DNA of 64,000 bases from Octopus sinensis. Lineage: Eukaryota. Every line of letters starts with the position of its first letter. The first letter of the stretch is position 1. Positions 12,120-25,847 of this stretch are shown in pieces. A program made the position numbers and the translations under genes. The notes beneath the pieces were generated by a model. That model made no database searches and was not told where the DNA came from. It worked only from the letters and a program-made list of their open reading frames with translations. The stretch spans positions 17,980,001-18,044,000 of the forward strand of contig NC_042997.1 of assembly GCF_006345805.1 (NCBI RefSeq), given 5' to 3'.

Positions 12120-12496
12120 TCTGTCTCAAGAGAAACCGGTCTTTTAAACTAGTGCACTAGTCTTTTAAGCAGACTGCTAGTGTAACATGCAGTATTATGT
12201 ATGGGTGAGCTTCAGCTTATCCATATCAAGCCACATCAGTCAGTCATTGATCTACATATGCTAAAGTGAATAGAGGCTAAGTGCCCTTGGAAATTTTTCT
12301 TATGTAGAACAATGAGGGATTTGAAAGAAGAATGTGTTTGTGTTTGTTTCAAATTGGGAAAAACATTTATGAGAAATTTTCTAGTTTGTTAATCTTGTCT
12401 ATGTAAAATGGTACTAGCATTTCAAGTTGGCTAGAACATTCACCAAAAAAGGATAGCATATTTGGATGATGTTCCACAATAGATAATGATGTTTAG

Positions 12497-12806
12497 AAAG
12501 CAAAAGCATGTGCTGTGCTCAGTGAATATTGTTTACTGACTGCCTGTGAAGTTCACCATCATCATTTGAAAAAAAAAAGAAACAAAGATAACAGTTGAAA
12601 ATCCAATGTGTTGCTACAAAATTTATGAATGGAAAGAGAACCAAGTTGCAGTCTGTTTGAAGCTGTCTAGTTGCTTGAATGCTTATGAAAATTTTCTGAA
12701 AATGGTCGTAAACGATGAAGGGTATCATTACAAAAAAAGATATCATTGCAGAGACTTGGATTATTGTCATTGTAACCAAAAAAACATGTCAGAGTCAATC
12801 AAATGT
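12497..12806 (+). pseudogene. Candidate Cys-rich exon with one homopolymer frameshift, product unknown
   Basis: TTTAG acceptor (weak pyrimidine tract) and perfect GTAAGT donor at 12807. If the A10 run (12569-12578) were A9, the exon is 309 nt, phase 0-0, with 103 stop-free codons (KAKACAVLSEYCLL...YHCRDLDYCHCNQKNMSESIKC). Confidence 0.3.
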
Positions 12807-13192
12807 GTAAGTGAAATCAGGTTTTGGTTTTTATTGAATGGGCATTATGCATCATTATTTTGCTCAATGCAGTCCAAGGATCAATAAAGAGTTTTACTGG
12901 GATTTTCTGGAGTATTTGGGACAGGCTGTGTGAAGGAAAAAGCTAAAAAGCTGGACAAACAAAACTTGAATACTGCACCAGAATAATTTTTTATTCATGT
13001 CCTTTTGCAAAGCATAAAATAATTTTTATCCCTCAGCCACCCTATTGTCTTTATATTTTCCCCGAAGGTTGAAATTATCTGTGAAGGGTCACCGATTTCA
13101 ACCATTACACATGATTGTAGAAAACTGGTTATAAAGAATTGCAGGCCACTCTTGAAAACTTGTTCCACACTGCACTTGAAAACTAAGGGAAT

Positions 13193-13749
13193 TGAAAATT
13201 ACAAAATCTTGTTTTTTTATAGAAAATCTATTGATAATGAACTTAAACAAGTTTATACCCAATTTTGCTATTCTGGGTAGGAAACTGTATATGGACTGCA
13301 AAAGAATTCATTCTTGGAACTTTATGAATAAAAATGGTAGTAGATGTCAGGGTCAGTGGAATTCTGGACCAAAAGCCTTGCAGTAGTTAAGTGCCATATT
13401 CATTTGTGTGTAATATGCATTTGTGCATGATGTGTATTTCTAATTATGAGCAACGAAGTTCATAAAAAATTTTTCTTGTATATAAAGCATTGATTTTTCT
13501 TTAGTATTACAATGTATAGAAAAAAAGTTACATTTATTATAAATGTTGCATAAAGTACAATGAAAAAGTATAAAATACATTATTAAAAGAAAGGGGAGTG
13601 GGGAATTGAAAGTGACTTTTGAACTTTGCTGGTCTAAGTTTTTAAAGGTAATCTGCTGTAAAGTCAACATTATGAAAATTACAAAATCTTGTTTTTTTAT
13701 AGAAAATCTATTGATAATGAACTTAAACAAGTTTATACCCAATTTTGCT
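13193..13749 (+). repeat. Identical 77-bp direct repeat, 480 bp apart
   Basis: 13193-13269 = 13673-13749. Confidence 0.9.
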
Positions 13750-14079
13750 GTTCAGTTTGTATAGTGATGCACACGTTTGTTATTATAAAAGAACAAAGCT
13801 TTTTCATTAAAGCATTAAATTTTTAACTCCACCTCTAACTTCTTTATTAGGCATTGTTAAAATTTTGGTCTTTAAATTTTTGTTCTGCACATGAGAAATG
13901 CAGGAAGTGGTAAGTTTTTAAAAGGTTTAATTTTTAAAATATTTTAATTGTATTTTTAAATCCTAATCACAAGAAATTCAAAAACAGCATGTTTAAAATT
14001 CAGAAAATGGAAATAAAACAATGTTTCATGAATGTTTCATCCAATGTTTCATCAATAATTTCATAGGATACAGATTTTG

Positions 14080-15050
14080 ATAACACTGTGGCTAATTATA
14101 GTACATATTTCTGTCAGATGGTTGCAGCTAACAGTGCCCTCTCAAATGAAACACCAAGTTTGAGTGGAGTTCCACAAAGAACGGTCTAGGGACATTGCTG
14201 TTTGTGGTGGCTTTATCAGATATGCCCTCAGTTATTCAAACAGTCACTCTCACTAGCCACTGTTAATACAAAAATATTTCAAGCAATTAAGAGCCTGAGT
14301 GATGCAAACTTACAGTAGTACCATAATGCAATTAACAAGTGTGTTGAAGAAACTATCACGCAATTTAATGCTGAAAAATTTCAAAGATATCACAACCAGG
14401 ACCTGGAAAGATTGCAGTCATAGTCAGCAAGTGACCTTGGAGTAAATGATATTGCTTTACATGTACAAAGTACCAAGATAGTATTGATGTGCTAAAGGCT
14501 GGCAAGATGGTCTGAGTTCATTCAGTACAAGAAGGCAAGAAACTATTCTGCTTTGAAGGAGAACATTTGTCCTAAGTTGTCTAGACTATTGCTCATAACC
14601 ATGGTCACCAAACTGTATAAAGCTAAAAATAGATCTAGAAGCTGTTCAAAAATATTACATTAAAAAAATGGCCTCAGTTTGAGTTACCAGGAGTGGTAGA
14701 AAATGCTAAGATACTGCTCTCTGAAAAGAAGATGAGTAAGATATGCAGGGATTTAAATATGGAAGATCCTTGAAGGACTAGCTCCAAACTTAGTACTGTA
14801 AGCTATACCAATCAACTGAGCTGATTGACACTGCACAGTCCTGGAGGTTCCAACCACTCCTTCAGAAATCATGAGTACTGCAGCTGAGGATTCAAAGAAT
14901 CCATGATCCTCAATGTCTTGTCAGTCAAATTGAGAAAACTACATGGAGTAGGTTTAAATATATTAAAAGAATAACCTGGATACTGTATTATTTGTGATCC
15001 AAAATGAACTAACATCATGGCAAGAAGTGTATCTGTGGCTAGCAGAATCG
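14080..15050 (+). mobile_element. CR1-type LINE RT/3' fragment (decayed)
   Basis: LSGVPQRTV(L)G.LLFVV..SDMPSVIQ...TKIFQAIKS..FNAEKFQ, with frameshifts. Confidence 0.65.
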
Positions 15051-16069
15051 AACACCCCCATTCACCAAAAGCTAACTGCTGAAGAAGAGTTATAGGAATA
15101 GTAGCTATTACATAGGCAGTGCTTTGGCATGGTCACAGTAACTTGGGTTGAAACAAGTAAATAAAAACAATGGAAAAGAATAGATAAAAGCAAAAAACAA
15201 TGTTTCATTGCTATTAATGCTAAATGAATTTTCTGATTAATTTATATCAACAAATATGAACAAAATTTTGCTGTACTTATTTTGTCATGGGAAACATAAA
15301 ATTTAAACCTTTAATGAGATATAATGAACATTTAACATATTATTCTTATCAAAGATAAATGTAACATTATTACAGTGATTTAAATTATTCATTGCACAAC
15401 AATTAACTTGGCTAGTAGATGCAACTCATCCATTCCTGAATATGGCCATACACTTGGTGCTGGAAGACCCCCATAATATTTAGTTCCTTTGTATAAAGAG
15501 CAACTTGGTTGTTAGGTTTAAAAATTCAGAAAAGAGCACATATCACACCTGAATAAATATGGTGCATCCTGACCTGAATCCAAATGTCACCAGTATCATC
15601 TTTTGCATTTTATCAGCCTGAGTTAATTAAACAAGCATTAATCAATATATCTGATGAATTTTATCAATCTTACTCTCCATCAAAATTCATTGCCATGCAA
15701 CAATGTTAAAAATCTTTATTATATATAGAAAAATTATTTACGAGATAATGCAAAATGAAAGCTGATGCTTAGCAAAAACAACCATATTTATAATAGCCTT
15801 CATTATTTTATAATTTTCATATTATCATTCATCTGAATCATCCATTGATTCATATGGTAAATACTATATACTGACAGGTAGGATTTAGCTTAACCATAAG
15901 TGATGGAGTAATCACTACTGATAAGCTTTAATTCCAAGTGAAATTAGCTTACTAGTATACTAACCTCACTTGCTGTGGGGTTGGTTATCTCCCCTGTAAG
16001 TACATAAACAATGTGCTTTGACTCTTATTTCTAGCAATGTAGGTTTTACCCTGCACCCTCAGTCATTCT

Positions 16070-16700
16070 TCATCATCATCATCATCGTTTAACGTCCGCT
16101 TTCTATGTTAGCATAGGTTGGAAGATTTGGCAGAGTTTCTACAGCTGGATGCCTTTCCTAGTGCCAGCCACTCTGAGAGTGTAGTAGGTACTTTTAAAGT
16201 GCCACCAGCACGAGGGCCAGTCTGGTGGTACTGGCAACGGTCACGCTCAAAAATGGTGTTTTTTACGTGCCACCTGCACAGGAGTCAGTCCAGCAGCACT
16301 AGCAATGACCTTGCTCGAATGTTTTGTTCACGTGCCAGTGAGGCTACACTGACAATGGTCACACTCAAATGGTGCTCTTTACATGCCAGTGAGGCGACAC
16401 TGACAATGATCACACTCAAATGGTGCTCTTTACGTGCCAGACAGCTACTCTGGCAGTGATCCCGCTCGGATGGAGCTGTTAGCGCTGCACTGGCATGGGT
16501 GCCAGTCATCGAATTTGGTTCAATTTCGATTTTACTTGCTCCAACAGGTCTTTACAAGCAGAGTTTAGTGCCCAGTGAAGGGAGGTTGGCATGAGTGCCA
16601 GTCGACGAATTTGGTTCAATTTCGAATTCAATTTCGATTTCGATTTCACTTGCCTCAACAAGTCTTCACAAGCAGAATTTAGTGTTCAAAGAAGGAAAGG
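16070..16700 (-). mobile_element. RTE LINE 3' UTR/tail with internal tandem repeats
   Basis: CATCATCATCGTTTAACGTCCGCTTTC tail; repeated GGTGCTNTTTACGTGCCA units; duplicated ~95-bp block at 16495-16690. Confidence 0.8.
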
Positions 16701-16773
16701 TATGCATACAATTGAATTTTTCCTTTCTAGTTTTATATTGTGTCTAGTCACCTTCGTTATTTTATATATATTT

Positions 16774-16936
16774 GGTGCAGGCATGACTGTGTGGTAAGAA
16801 GCTTGCTTCCCAGCCACATGGCTCTGAGTTCAGTCCCACAGTGTGGCACCTTGGTCAAGTGTTTTCTACTATAGCCTTGAACTGACCAAAGCCTTGTGAG
16901 TCGATTTGGTAGACATAAACTGAAAGAATCCTGTCG

Positions 16937-16969
<33 letters not shown>

Positions 16970-17213
16970 ATGTGTGTGTGTATTTATGCATGTGTGTTTG
17001 TGTCTGAGTTTGTTCCCCCACCATTGCTTGACAACCGATGCTGGTGTATTTATGTCCCTGTAACTTAGCAGTTTGGCAAAAGATACCAATAGAATTAGTA
17101 CTAAGCTTACAAAGACTAAGTCCTGGGGTTGATTTCTTTGACTAAAACCCTTTAAGGCAGTGCTCTGACATGGCCTCAGTCAAATGATTGAAACATGTAA
17201 AAGAATAAAAGAA
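16774..17213 (+). mobile_element. SINE family A, near full length
   Basis: tRNA-like head (GAGTTCAGTCCC B-box), ACCTTGGTCAAGTG core-like block, (TA)(TG) linker, 3' GTAAAAGAATAAAAGAA tail. Confidence 0.9.
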
Positions 17214-17374
17214 TATACATATATGTATATTGATATATACATGTGTGTGTGTGTGTATGTGTATGAATTATTCATGAATATATTAAATATTATATGTACA
17301 TATATTGTATATATGTGCATGTGTGTGTGACGTATGTGAGTGTGTGTGTGTGTGTATGTGCGTGCGTGTGTATA

Positions 17375-18919
17375 TTCCAGATTGAAACAAAAGTTTATCC
17401 ATTACTGATTTTAACCCACTTGTATCTCCATGTTATATCATTAATTTGATACAACTTGTCCAATGGTTATTGAGTTGCTTATTCTTGATTTTCATATATA
17501 GCATAAAAATTAATTGCTTATTCTTTATTTTATAGCTTTGACAATCATCACCATCATCATCATCATCATCATCATTTTCATCATTGTTTAACGTTCACCT
17601 TCCATACTGATGGTGAAGAAAAATTGAAATTACAGCCATTTTATGATATTTGTGGGAAAAAGGATTGAGTGCAAGGGCATCAGTGAAAGAAATTAATGAT
17701 GTGGAAGGCCCAAGAACTCTCGATGAACGTATGGTACAAAACTGGTTCAAACATTTCAAAGAAGGCAACACCAGCCTTGAAGGCAAACCAAGGTCAGGGA
17801 AACCCGTTTGGGAAGATAAGGCCTTGCTTGAAATGGTTGGACAACAGCCAAGTACAAGCACTCGTACATTGCCAACAGAACTTGGTCCTTCACAAAGCAC
17901 CATCAATTGACACCTCCATAAGCTTGGAAGTGACAAAAGCATTGAAGAGACAATGTTGAAAGACTCCTCATAAACTGACCATTGAACAGGCTCAACAACA
18001 TATGAACATTTGCCAACAACTGCTGGAAAATCCTTGAGACACCCACTTTTGGTATCAAATTGTTTCTGGGAATGAAAATGGACTATTTTCGTAATCCTAA
18101 CAAGAGAAACCATTAATTCCAGCCAGGCTTCACACTCTGTTGTCAAACAAGAGAGATTTGAACAGAAAATCATGTCATGTGTTTGGTGGAATTTTGAGGG
18201 GCTGTTGCACTTTGAGCTTGTCCCAGATGGTCATGTTATGAATGCTAACCTTTATGATCAACAGCAGCAGTGGATATATGATACTTTGAAAATGTGCTAC
18301 CTGGCATTGGTCAATCGAAGATGTGCACTCCTACAGCATGGCAAACTCCCACATGCACTACCAATGTGATCACATGCAAACTGAAGGGCTGGAAGTGTTG
18401 CCTCACCTTGCCAGACTTTACATCATTAGATTACCACCTTTTCTGAGCCATGGTTCATTTCCTGCACCAACAGTAGTTCAACAATGAGGATGAACTTGGT
18501 GAGCAGGCAGAAACATTAGCTTGCCGGACGAAATGCTTAGTGGTATTTTGTCTGTCTGTACATTCTGAGTTTAAATTCCACTGAGGTTGACTTTGCCTTT
18601 CATCCTTTTGGAGTCAATAAATTAAGTACCAGTTGCATACTGGGTTGATATAATCAACTGGTTCCCTTCCCCCAAAATTTTTGGCCTTGTGCCTAGAGTA
18701 GAAAAGAATGAGCATGAACTTGAAAACCGCTGCAGGGAACTTTTTGTTGCTAAACCAACTATATATTATAGGCATAGAACAGAGGTCTAGAAAAAACAAT
18801 GGCAACAGACAATAGAATATGATGGGATATATTTTGATGAGTAAGCACTTTTCATTTGTAATTTGTTTGAACTATTAATTAAAACTTGAAATACAGAAAA
18901 TCTTTTGACTTAGTCCGGA
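17375..18919 (+). mobile_element. mariner (DD34D-type) transposon, decayed, with SINE insertion
   Basis: VQNWFKHFKEGNTSLEGKPRSGKP, PHKLT, GNEKW, MSCVWWNFEGLLHFELVP, LLQH, DYHLF motifs. Degenerate TIRs with TA. About 1.26 kb after removing the two insertions. Confidence 0.85.
18499..18706 (+). mobile_element. SINE family B inserted in mariner, 16-bp TSD
   Basis: AATGAGGATGAACTTG (18483-18498) / AATGAGCATGAACTTG (18707-18722). Confidence 0.85.
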
Positions 18920-18935
18920 TACACACACACACACA

Positions 18936-19304
18936 GGTGTGGGAATGGCTATACAGTAAGAAGCTTGCTTCCCAACCACTTGGTTCTGGGTTCAGTCCCA
19001 CTGCATGGCACCCTGGGCAAGTGTCTTCTACTATAGCCTTTGGCCAACAAAGCCGTGTAAGTGGATTTGGTCGATGGAAACTGAAAGAGGCCTGTTGTAT
19101 ATATACATGTATATATCTATGTGCGTGTGTCATTGTGTCTGTGTTTGTTCCCCCATCACTGCTTGGCAACTGGTGTTGGTGTGTTTACATTCCTGTAACC
19201 AATAAAATAAGTACTAGGCTTAAAAAATAAGTCCTCAGGTTGATTTGCTCCAGCATGCACCATCATGTTTTAGTCAAATCACTGAAACAAGCAAAAACAT
19301 GAAA
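18936..19304 (+). mobile_element. SINE family A
   Basis: Homologous to 16774-17213. Confidence 0.85.
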
Positions 19305-20044
19305 GGATGTAGATATATGTATGTGTGTATGCACATATGTATGTATATTTTTGATCTTTGAAATCATTGCTTCATATTTCAGTGTTTCTAATCCATCTAC
19401 ATTCAGCCTTATCTTATATTCCCCTACAGGTTTAAATAAGAGAATTACTAACAATATACCAAGAATTGTTTCCATATACTGTAAACCCTTCCTAACATAT
19501 ACAACCTTATGTTTTGTCAAAGGAAATCATTATTTAATACATAAGTTTATATACTTAAACTAAAGCACAGCTTTGAAAATTATACACATATTTCTCTGTT
19601 TAAGCAGTCACATTGTTATACAATCATTGGGGTATGTTACTATATTAGCACATGTTTAAGTTGTAGTCTTTAGAAACTGAGGTTTATAAGATAAAAAAAA
19701 GAAACTACTTAATCTGATTTCAGCAAATTCAATCCATAAGATCAGGAAGTAAAAAATAGATATGCAAGACTTATATAAAGTTTACTATATGATTTCACTA
19801 CTTTGAGGTTGCATGAATATCAATGAAGGAACCTTCTTTCTTAGAGATTGCCTTGTTCTTTGTTGGATTTTGTAGGATTTTAACAAATAAATAAAGAAGG
19901 GATGTATATGTGTTAATCTATACATGCTTCAATGCTGCTAAGCCTGGTGCATATATGCACATTCATCATAATTTCATTGTATACATATATAAATATTTTA
20001 TATATTTTATATCAACACATGAATTTACAAAGTAGAGACACACG

Positions 20045-20203
20045 TAAATGTATATATGTATAGACTCATATAGACATATTCATACGTGTATGTATGCATA
20101 CATGTATATATACATAAACATATATATAAATATATATATGTGTATGTGTGTACATACAATATATATATATATGTGTGTACATACATATATATATATATGT
20201 GTG

Positions 20204-20270
<67 letters not shown>

Positions 20271-20385
20271 CATATATATATGTATACATACATATACATG
20301 TATATACACATGCATGCACACACATACACATATCTATACATATATATACATATGCATATGTGTGCATGCAAGTGTATGTAAATGC
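20045..20385. repeat. Compound (TA)/(TG)/(CA) microsatellite
   Basis: Read directly; a second tract lies at 20920-21185. Confidence 0.95.
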
Positions 20386-21031
20386 TTCATCGACATCATC
20401 ATCATGACATAATCTATATGCAAATGCCTATAGAAAGAGATAACCTATTTATCATGCACATAAGCATTATGGAGTATTTTACTTGAAGCTTACATATAAA
20501 TTTGGACATGCATATTATCATAGCCTAACAGAAAGTTTCACCTTCTTATTATAGCATCACACACACACACACACACAAATTATCGTTCACATATGCACTT
20601 ACACACAAACTTGCATATACAAACAAAATCTCACATCCACATACACGTATTATCATTGAAGGTTGCAGAGACACATTCTCTAACTGTGAATATACATGAA
20701 TAGGAAATAAGGCTGACAGATATGACTATAGCTGTATATTTCAAAAATTGAGAAAAATATATAAAGTATTTAACCAAATCAAACTATAATAAGATTATTT
20801 GAATTAAGTGAAAGCTGACGGAGTATTAAGAGTAGTAATGGTAGTCACAAAAATATGGTGATAACAAACAAACAACTCAATGATATTGAAAACCTAATAA
20901 TAAGATATCAGATTTTATTTCTACGTGTGTGTATATACATACAAGTATATACTGTAACATGCACATACATATATAGATGCACCTATATACATGCATATAT
21001 AACTTAGATATCTTTAGATACATACACATAC

Positions 21032-21070
<39 letters not shown>

Positions 21071-21536
21071 AATACATTTATATATATACTTATATATTAA
21101 TACATATATATATGTATATGATATAGGATAGAGGATATATGATATATGTATACATACACACATACATACATATATATATATATAAATGATTTCCATGAAT
21201 ATCTCAAGATCTTAATTCAACATCCTGTGAATAAATAGGATTAAGACTTCATACATATGAAAATAAACACACAATAATAATAATAAAAAAAAAACTTTAA
21301 AAAAATGAGAAAATACAACCAATCAGAATGAATAAAGCCAATACGTTGACTGGCAAATATGGATGAGAAGAGTCTCTAATATATCATTCTATCACTCTCA
21401 CTGCCCCCTCCAACGTTCTTTTAGTCTCACCTTTCTCTCCTTCGTTTCTCTTTCAATTGATGACATCCTTTGTTGCATGCTACTTAGAAATACATCTTTG
21501 GAGTTAGAAAAACCAAAACTTTTATGATTATTATTA

Positions 21537-21576
<40 letters not shown>

Positions 21577-22119
21577 TAAAAATACTTTTCAAACACTGGC
21601 TATCGAATATCATCTTTATAAAATTTAGATTAAAAAATATAAAAACGAAAAGAAAACAAACAATAATGAAGTTTTCAGGTTTAAATAGATAATATATTGT
21701 AAAATGTATGCTGTGAAATTAAAAAAAAAAAAACATGATAAATATATATTTTTTATAAAGAGAAGGAAGGTCAAAATATTATGAAAATTATTGATCAAAA
21801 TTTTATGGAAACAGATGCAGAAAAAAAACTGTTTGAATGGGGGACATTCTTAAAAAAAAAAAATCAAAGTTTAATATAGATATCAGCACCAAGATATATT
21901 TAATCTTGTAAAGAATATATCATGATCAAGAATATATCATGTCATTGACAGCATCATCATCGTCATCATCTGCATCAGCAGTAGCAGCAGCAGCAACCTT
22001 AATGGCATTCTTATCAACAATATTGCTGGTGTGGGTTTGAAAGGTATGCTATACAATATATCATCACTCATCTTACTCTTTTGTCATTACTTCTGAGAAG
22101 GCTAGTGTCATTGGAGCAA

Positions 22120-22340
22120 CCTTATCGTTATCATACCCTCATTATCACTTAATGCCTGTTCTCCACACTGGCATGCATTGGATAGTTTGACAGGAGCTGA
22201 TAATCTAGAGAGCTGCACCAGGTTCTGATTGTCTGTTTTGGCATGATTTCTATGGCTGGATACTCCTCCTAATGCCCACCACTTTATGGAGTGCACTGAG
22301 CACTTTTTACATGGCATCAGCATGCCAAAACAGCACATGG
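22120..22340 (-). mobile_element. RTE-related 3' tail fragment
   Basis: GAGCTGCACCAGGTTCTGATTG...GGCTGGATACTCCTCCTAATGCC block, shared with the RTE 3' UTRs. Confidence 0.6.
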
Positions 22341-23084
22341 CACTAATTCATGTAGGACTCATTCACTTTAAACAACACATGTCAATGTAAGCAAAGCTTC
22401 TACATAGTCACTTTCCTGCTAGATACTGTAACCAAATTTCCCTCAAATTACCTGCTACTATCTTAAGGAAAAAAGAAACTAGACATTTGATAATAGACCT
22501 GTGCAATTAGGGCTGATCTATGGTTAAATGAGAACAGCAACTAGTACAGTACTGTTTAAAGGCATGGGCACACTGAGCAGGGGTCTAGGACCTGATAGGT
22601 CTATGTCTACTGTGCTTTGTTGTCAATAAATGTATACTGTAGGGGCCAATGTATTGATCTGCCCAGGAAACTATAATGCTATTAAGACGGCTCTGTATAA
22701 AGTAATCTTCTTTACTCACTCTGACCAGGACATGCCTAGCTGCATTCTTAACTCAGTTATGCTCCTTTTACTCTGTAAAGTGATTGACACTAGGAAAGGT
22801 GTCCAACTATAGAATTCAAGCTAAACTTCTAATTTTTGAGAGCATTTGCTTCCAAAGAGAGGTGACTCCAAACATAAGAACTCAACCCATGCCAGCAAGG
22901 AAAGCAGATGTAGAATGATGATGAAGAGGAAGAGAAAAGATCATGCTCACTACATTCTCTTCAACTCTGGCACATTTATATTTGATATCCATGTGAAATG
23001 TTCATGAGCTCTATTTTATCTATATAAAATTGGTATCTTTTTTGTCATGTTTTTATTTGAAGAATTATCATTTTCAGTCATATG

Positions 23085-23415
23085 GAAAAAATATGGCCAA
23101 CAGGCAGAGAGATATTGTGACAAAGGAAGACCTGTTCTTAGGTATCAGGATAGGTTGAAACGACCACTAAAATCTCTACAGCTTAACTTGATATCTTGGG
23201 AAAGTTATTGTCTAGATCAATCTACATGGTTTAAAATGTATTGCAATGCATCAAATCAATTTGAATTGAAGAAAAAGAACAATAGAAGAATTATATCCTG
23301 TAAGCAACAGACACATTAGCCCAATCCGAAGTAAAATCAAAACCATCATTATTCCCATTGTGACTTCATAGTGAAATCCATTCCTGGACTCAAATTGCAT
23401 TCATGCATCCATTGC
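23085..23415 (+). mobile_element. RTE-BovB-like ORF2 C-terminal fragment
   Basis: YGQ.AE...KGRPVLRYQDRLKRPLK...SWESYCLDQSTWF followed by a decayed C2H2-like tail (PHCDF..KS.PGL). Confidence 0.65.
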
Positions 23416-24678
23416 AAATAGATGAAGCTTCTTTTATTTTTCATTTAAAAGTTGTTAATCTCTTTTCCAACTTTTTTCTCTTCTTTAACTTTAAATCCTC
23501 TTCTATATAAACACTTCCATGTCAAAATCGAAGGGCGTGACCATCATGATGATATAAGGTTTGTGTGTGTGCATGCGCAAGTGCATATGTATGCATACAT
23601 CATCATCATCGAGCTTATTGCCATCATCTTTATCAGTTTATATCTACCTTCCATGCTGACATGTATTAGATGAGTTATCTCAGTCTGTGTCTTATTGAAA
23701 GTTATTGCCCTTCTAGATGAGTTTTAAAGGAGGACTATTTCTTACTTATATGTTCCTTGCTTGGTCTGGTTTCTACGACTGAGTGTCCTTTCTATCATCA
23801 ACTACTTTTCAGAATATACTGGATACATTAATTGTGGTTATGTCATTGACAAGATGAAAGAGTTTTCATGGTTTCACATTCTCTCTTCTCATTCACTATC
23901 AATTCTATTGAGTGTACTGAATACATTTTATCATGGCATCAATACTAAGTGGCTGGATTTGTACCTGATAAGATTAAAGATTCTCATTACATTATGACTG
24001 AGAAGGTGGATAGGTGAGAGAGCAATCACAGAAGATAAACCAAACAGAGGGAAGGGAGTACAGAGCAAGAATGTCATGTTAGAAATGGTGATTAAAGTGG
24101 GGAAGCGATAGAGGAAGAGTTAGTATGGTGGATACTATCACAGGTGAATAAATGGTAAGACTGGATGACAGATGTCAATAATAAGTAGCCTGGTTGTGTG
24201 GAAGCACAGGAAGGGTAATGATAGAATGTATAGGTACAAGAAAATCTGATGCAACCTCTCATACATTGGCCTTAGTGGGTTAAGGGGTAGAGTGATAATG
24301 ATGAGATAACATGAGTGTTGGGAAATGAGAGAGAAAGAGATTCAGTAGCATCCCTAGTTATACTGTAAGCATAGTGCAGAGAAGAGAGATTTACTAAAAT
24401 AATTGGTGATACTGACAGTAAAATACAGTTAATAGAAGAGAGGGTGACTTTATATATATATATGTATATATATTAGTATTTCACTTAGGTATTGTGATAC
24501 TAATAACCTGGTGTTAGAACTCAACACACATATGCTCCACAATTTGAAGCACTCTGCTGAAGCTGAAGGGTGATATTCAAGCACTCAACTATGAGTGCAT
24601 TGCATCTTATAGCAGAAACAACTGTAAACTAATGGAGTTCATAACATAATTATTTATTCCTCTATCCTTCCGATTTCT

Positions 24679-24716
<38 letters not shown>

Positions 24717-25664
24717 TGTTACTGATAGATGAGTTCATAACATTAATGGTTGCAGGTATTCATGTCATAACCATGTGTTGCACTCTAGGACAAAATATGC
24801 TAAAAAAAAATGTGTAGTGCAATGACAAAGCCAGCTTCTGAGGTATGCAAGGTCACTGGGTGGAAATATTGAAGCCAATACCCAAATAAGATATGTACTT
24901 AATTTTCATATGTATTCTGAAAATACATGTGAAGTAAAATCATTCATTCAGAATACAATTTTAAAAGCTTGATTTGACAATGAATGCAGAAGGGCTAGAA
25001 TAGGAAATAAGCTTCTTCAGTAAATTAGTTAAGTGTGAAACTCCTGTGAAGGAGTATGTTTGTGCTAGCAATGTGCAACCACAATTAAGCAGTGAGTCAG
25101 ATGAAAAAATATACAAGTCTAAACTGAGAAAACACTTGACATGCAACAAGCTTAACAGCAGGATGTGGCAGAACAAATTCTCTTTCTACTTTGACATCCC
25201 TATTATTGTATACAATGAAACTGCATATGGCAATGCAATGACATATGGCAATTATGTTGTTTGTTTCTCACATATTTTTTCATAAAGTTTTCCAAACAAA
25301 AAGATTTATTGTGATAACAAGAGATAACAAAAATACCATTAGATAAATGGAAATTCTCTCAAAAGAGAAGGAAAGACTGTTTAATAACCTTGCTTAGAAT
25401 GGTTAGTAAGGTAATGGATCAACTGTGCACGAAAAAAGGAACAAAAATAAACAAAAATAAAATGACTATAAGCTTATTTTCTTAGAAATCATTTTACATC
25501 AAGCAAAAAATATGGTTTCCTTAGAAACAGCTACAAACTCTCTTGCTATTGTTTCTCATATTAAGGATAGTTATCTTGACATGGGTCAAGAATAATGTGC
25601 AATAGCTCTGGACATTAGAAGAGCTTTTAACAAAGTTTGGTACAATCAAGCACAAGCATGGCTA

Positions 25665-25845
25665 CATGGTTAAGTTCACTTGACAATCATGCAATTACAG
25701 TTTTAATTCCATGTATGCTACCTTGGGCAGGTTTCTTCCTCCATAGCCTTAAGCTGACCTACACTTTATGAGTATAATTTGATTGGCAGAAAATGCGGTG
25801 AAGCTTATTGTGTATGTATATATGTATGTATATATATATATATAT
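25665..25845 (+). mobile_element. SINE family A, degraded head
   Basis: GCATGGCTACATGGTTAAG...ACCTTGGGCAGG...TATG linker. Confidence 0.5.
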
Positions 25846-25847
25846 AT

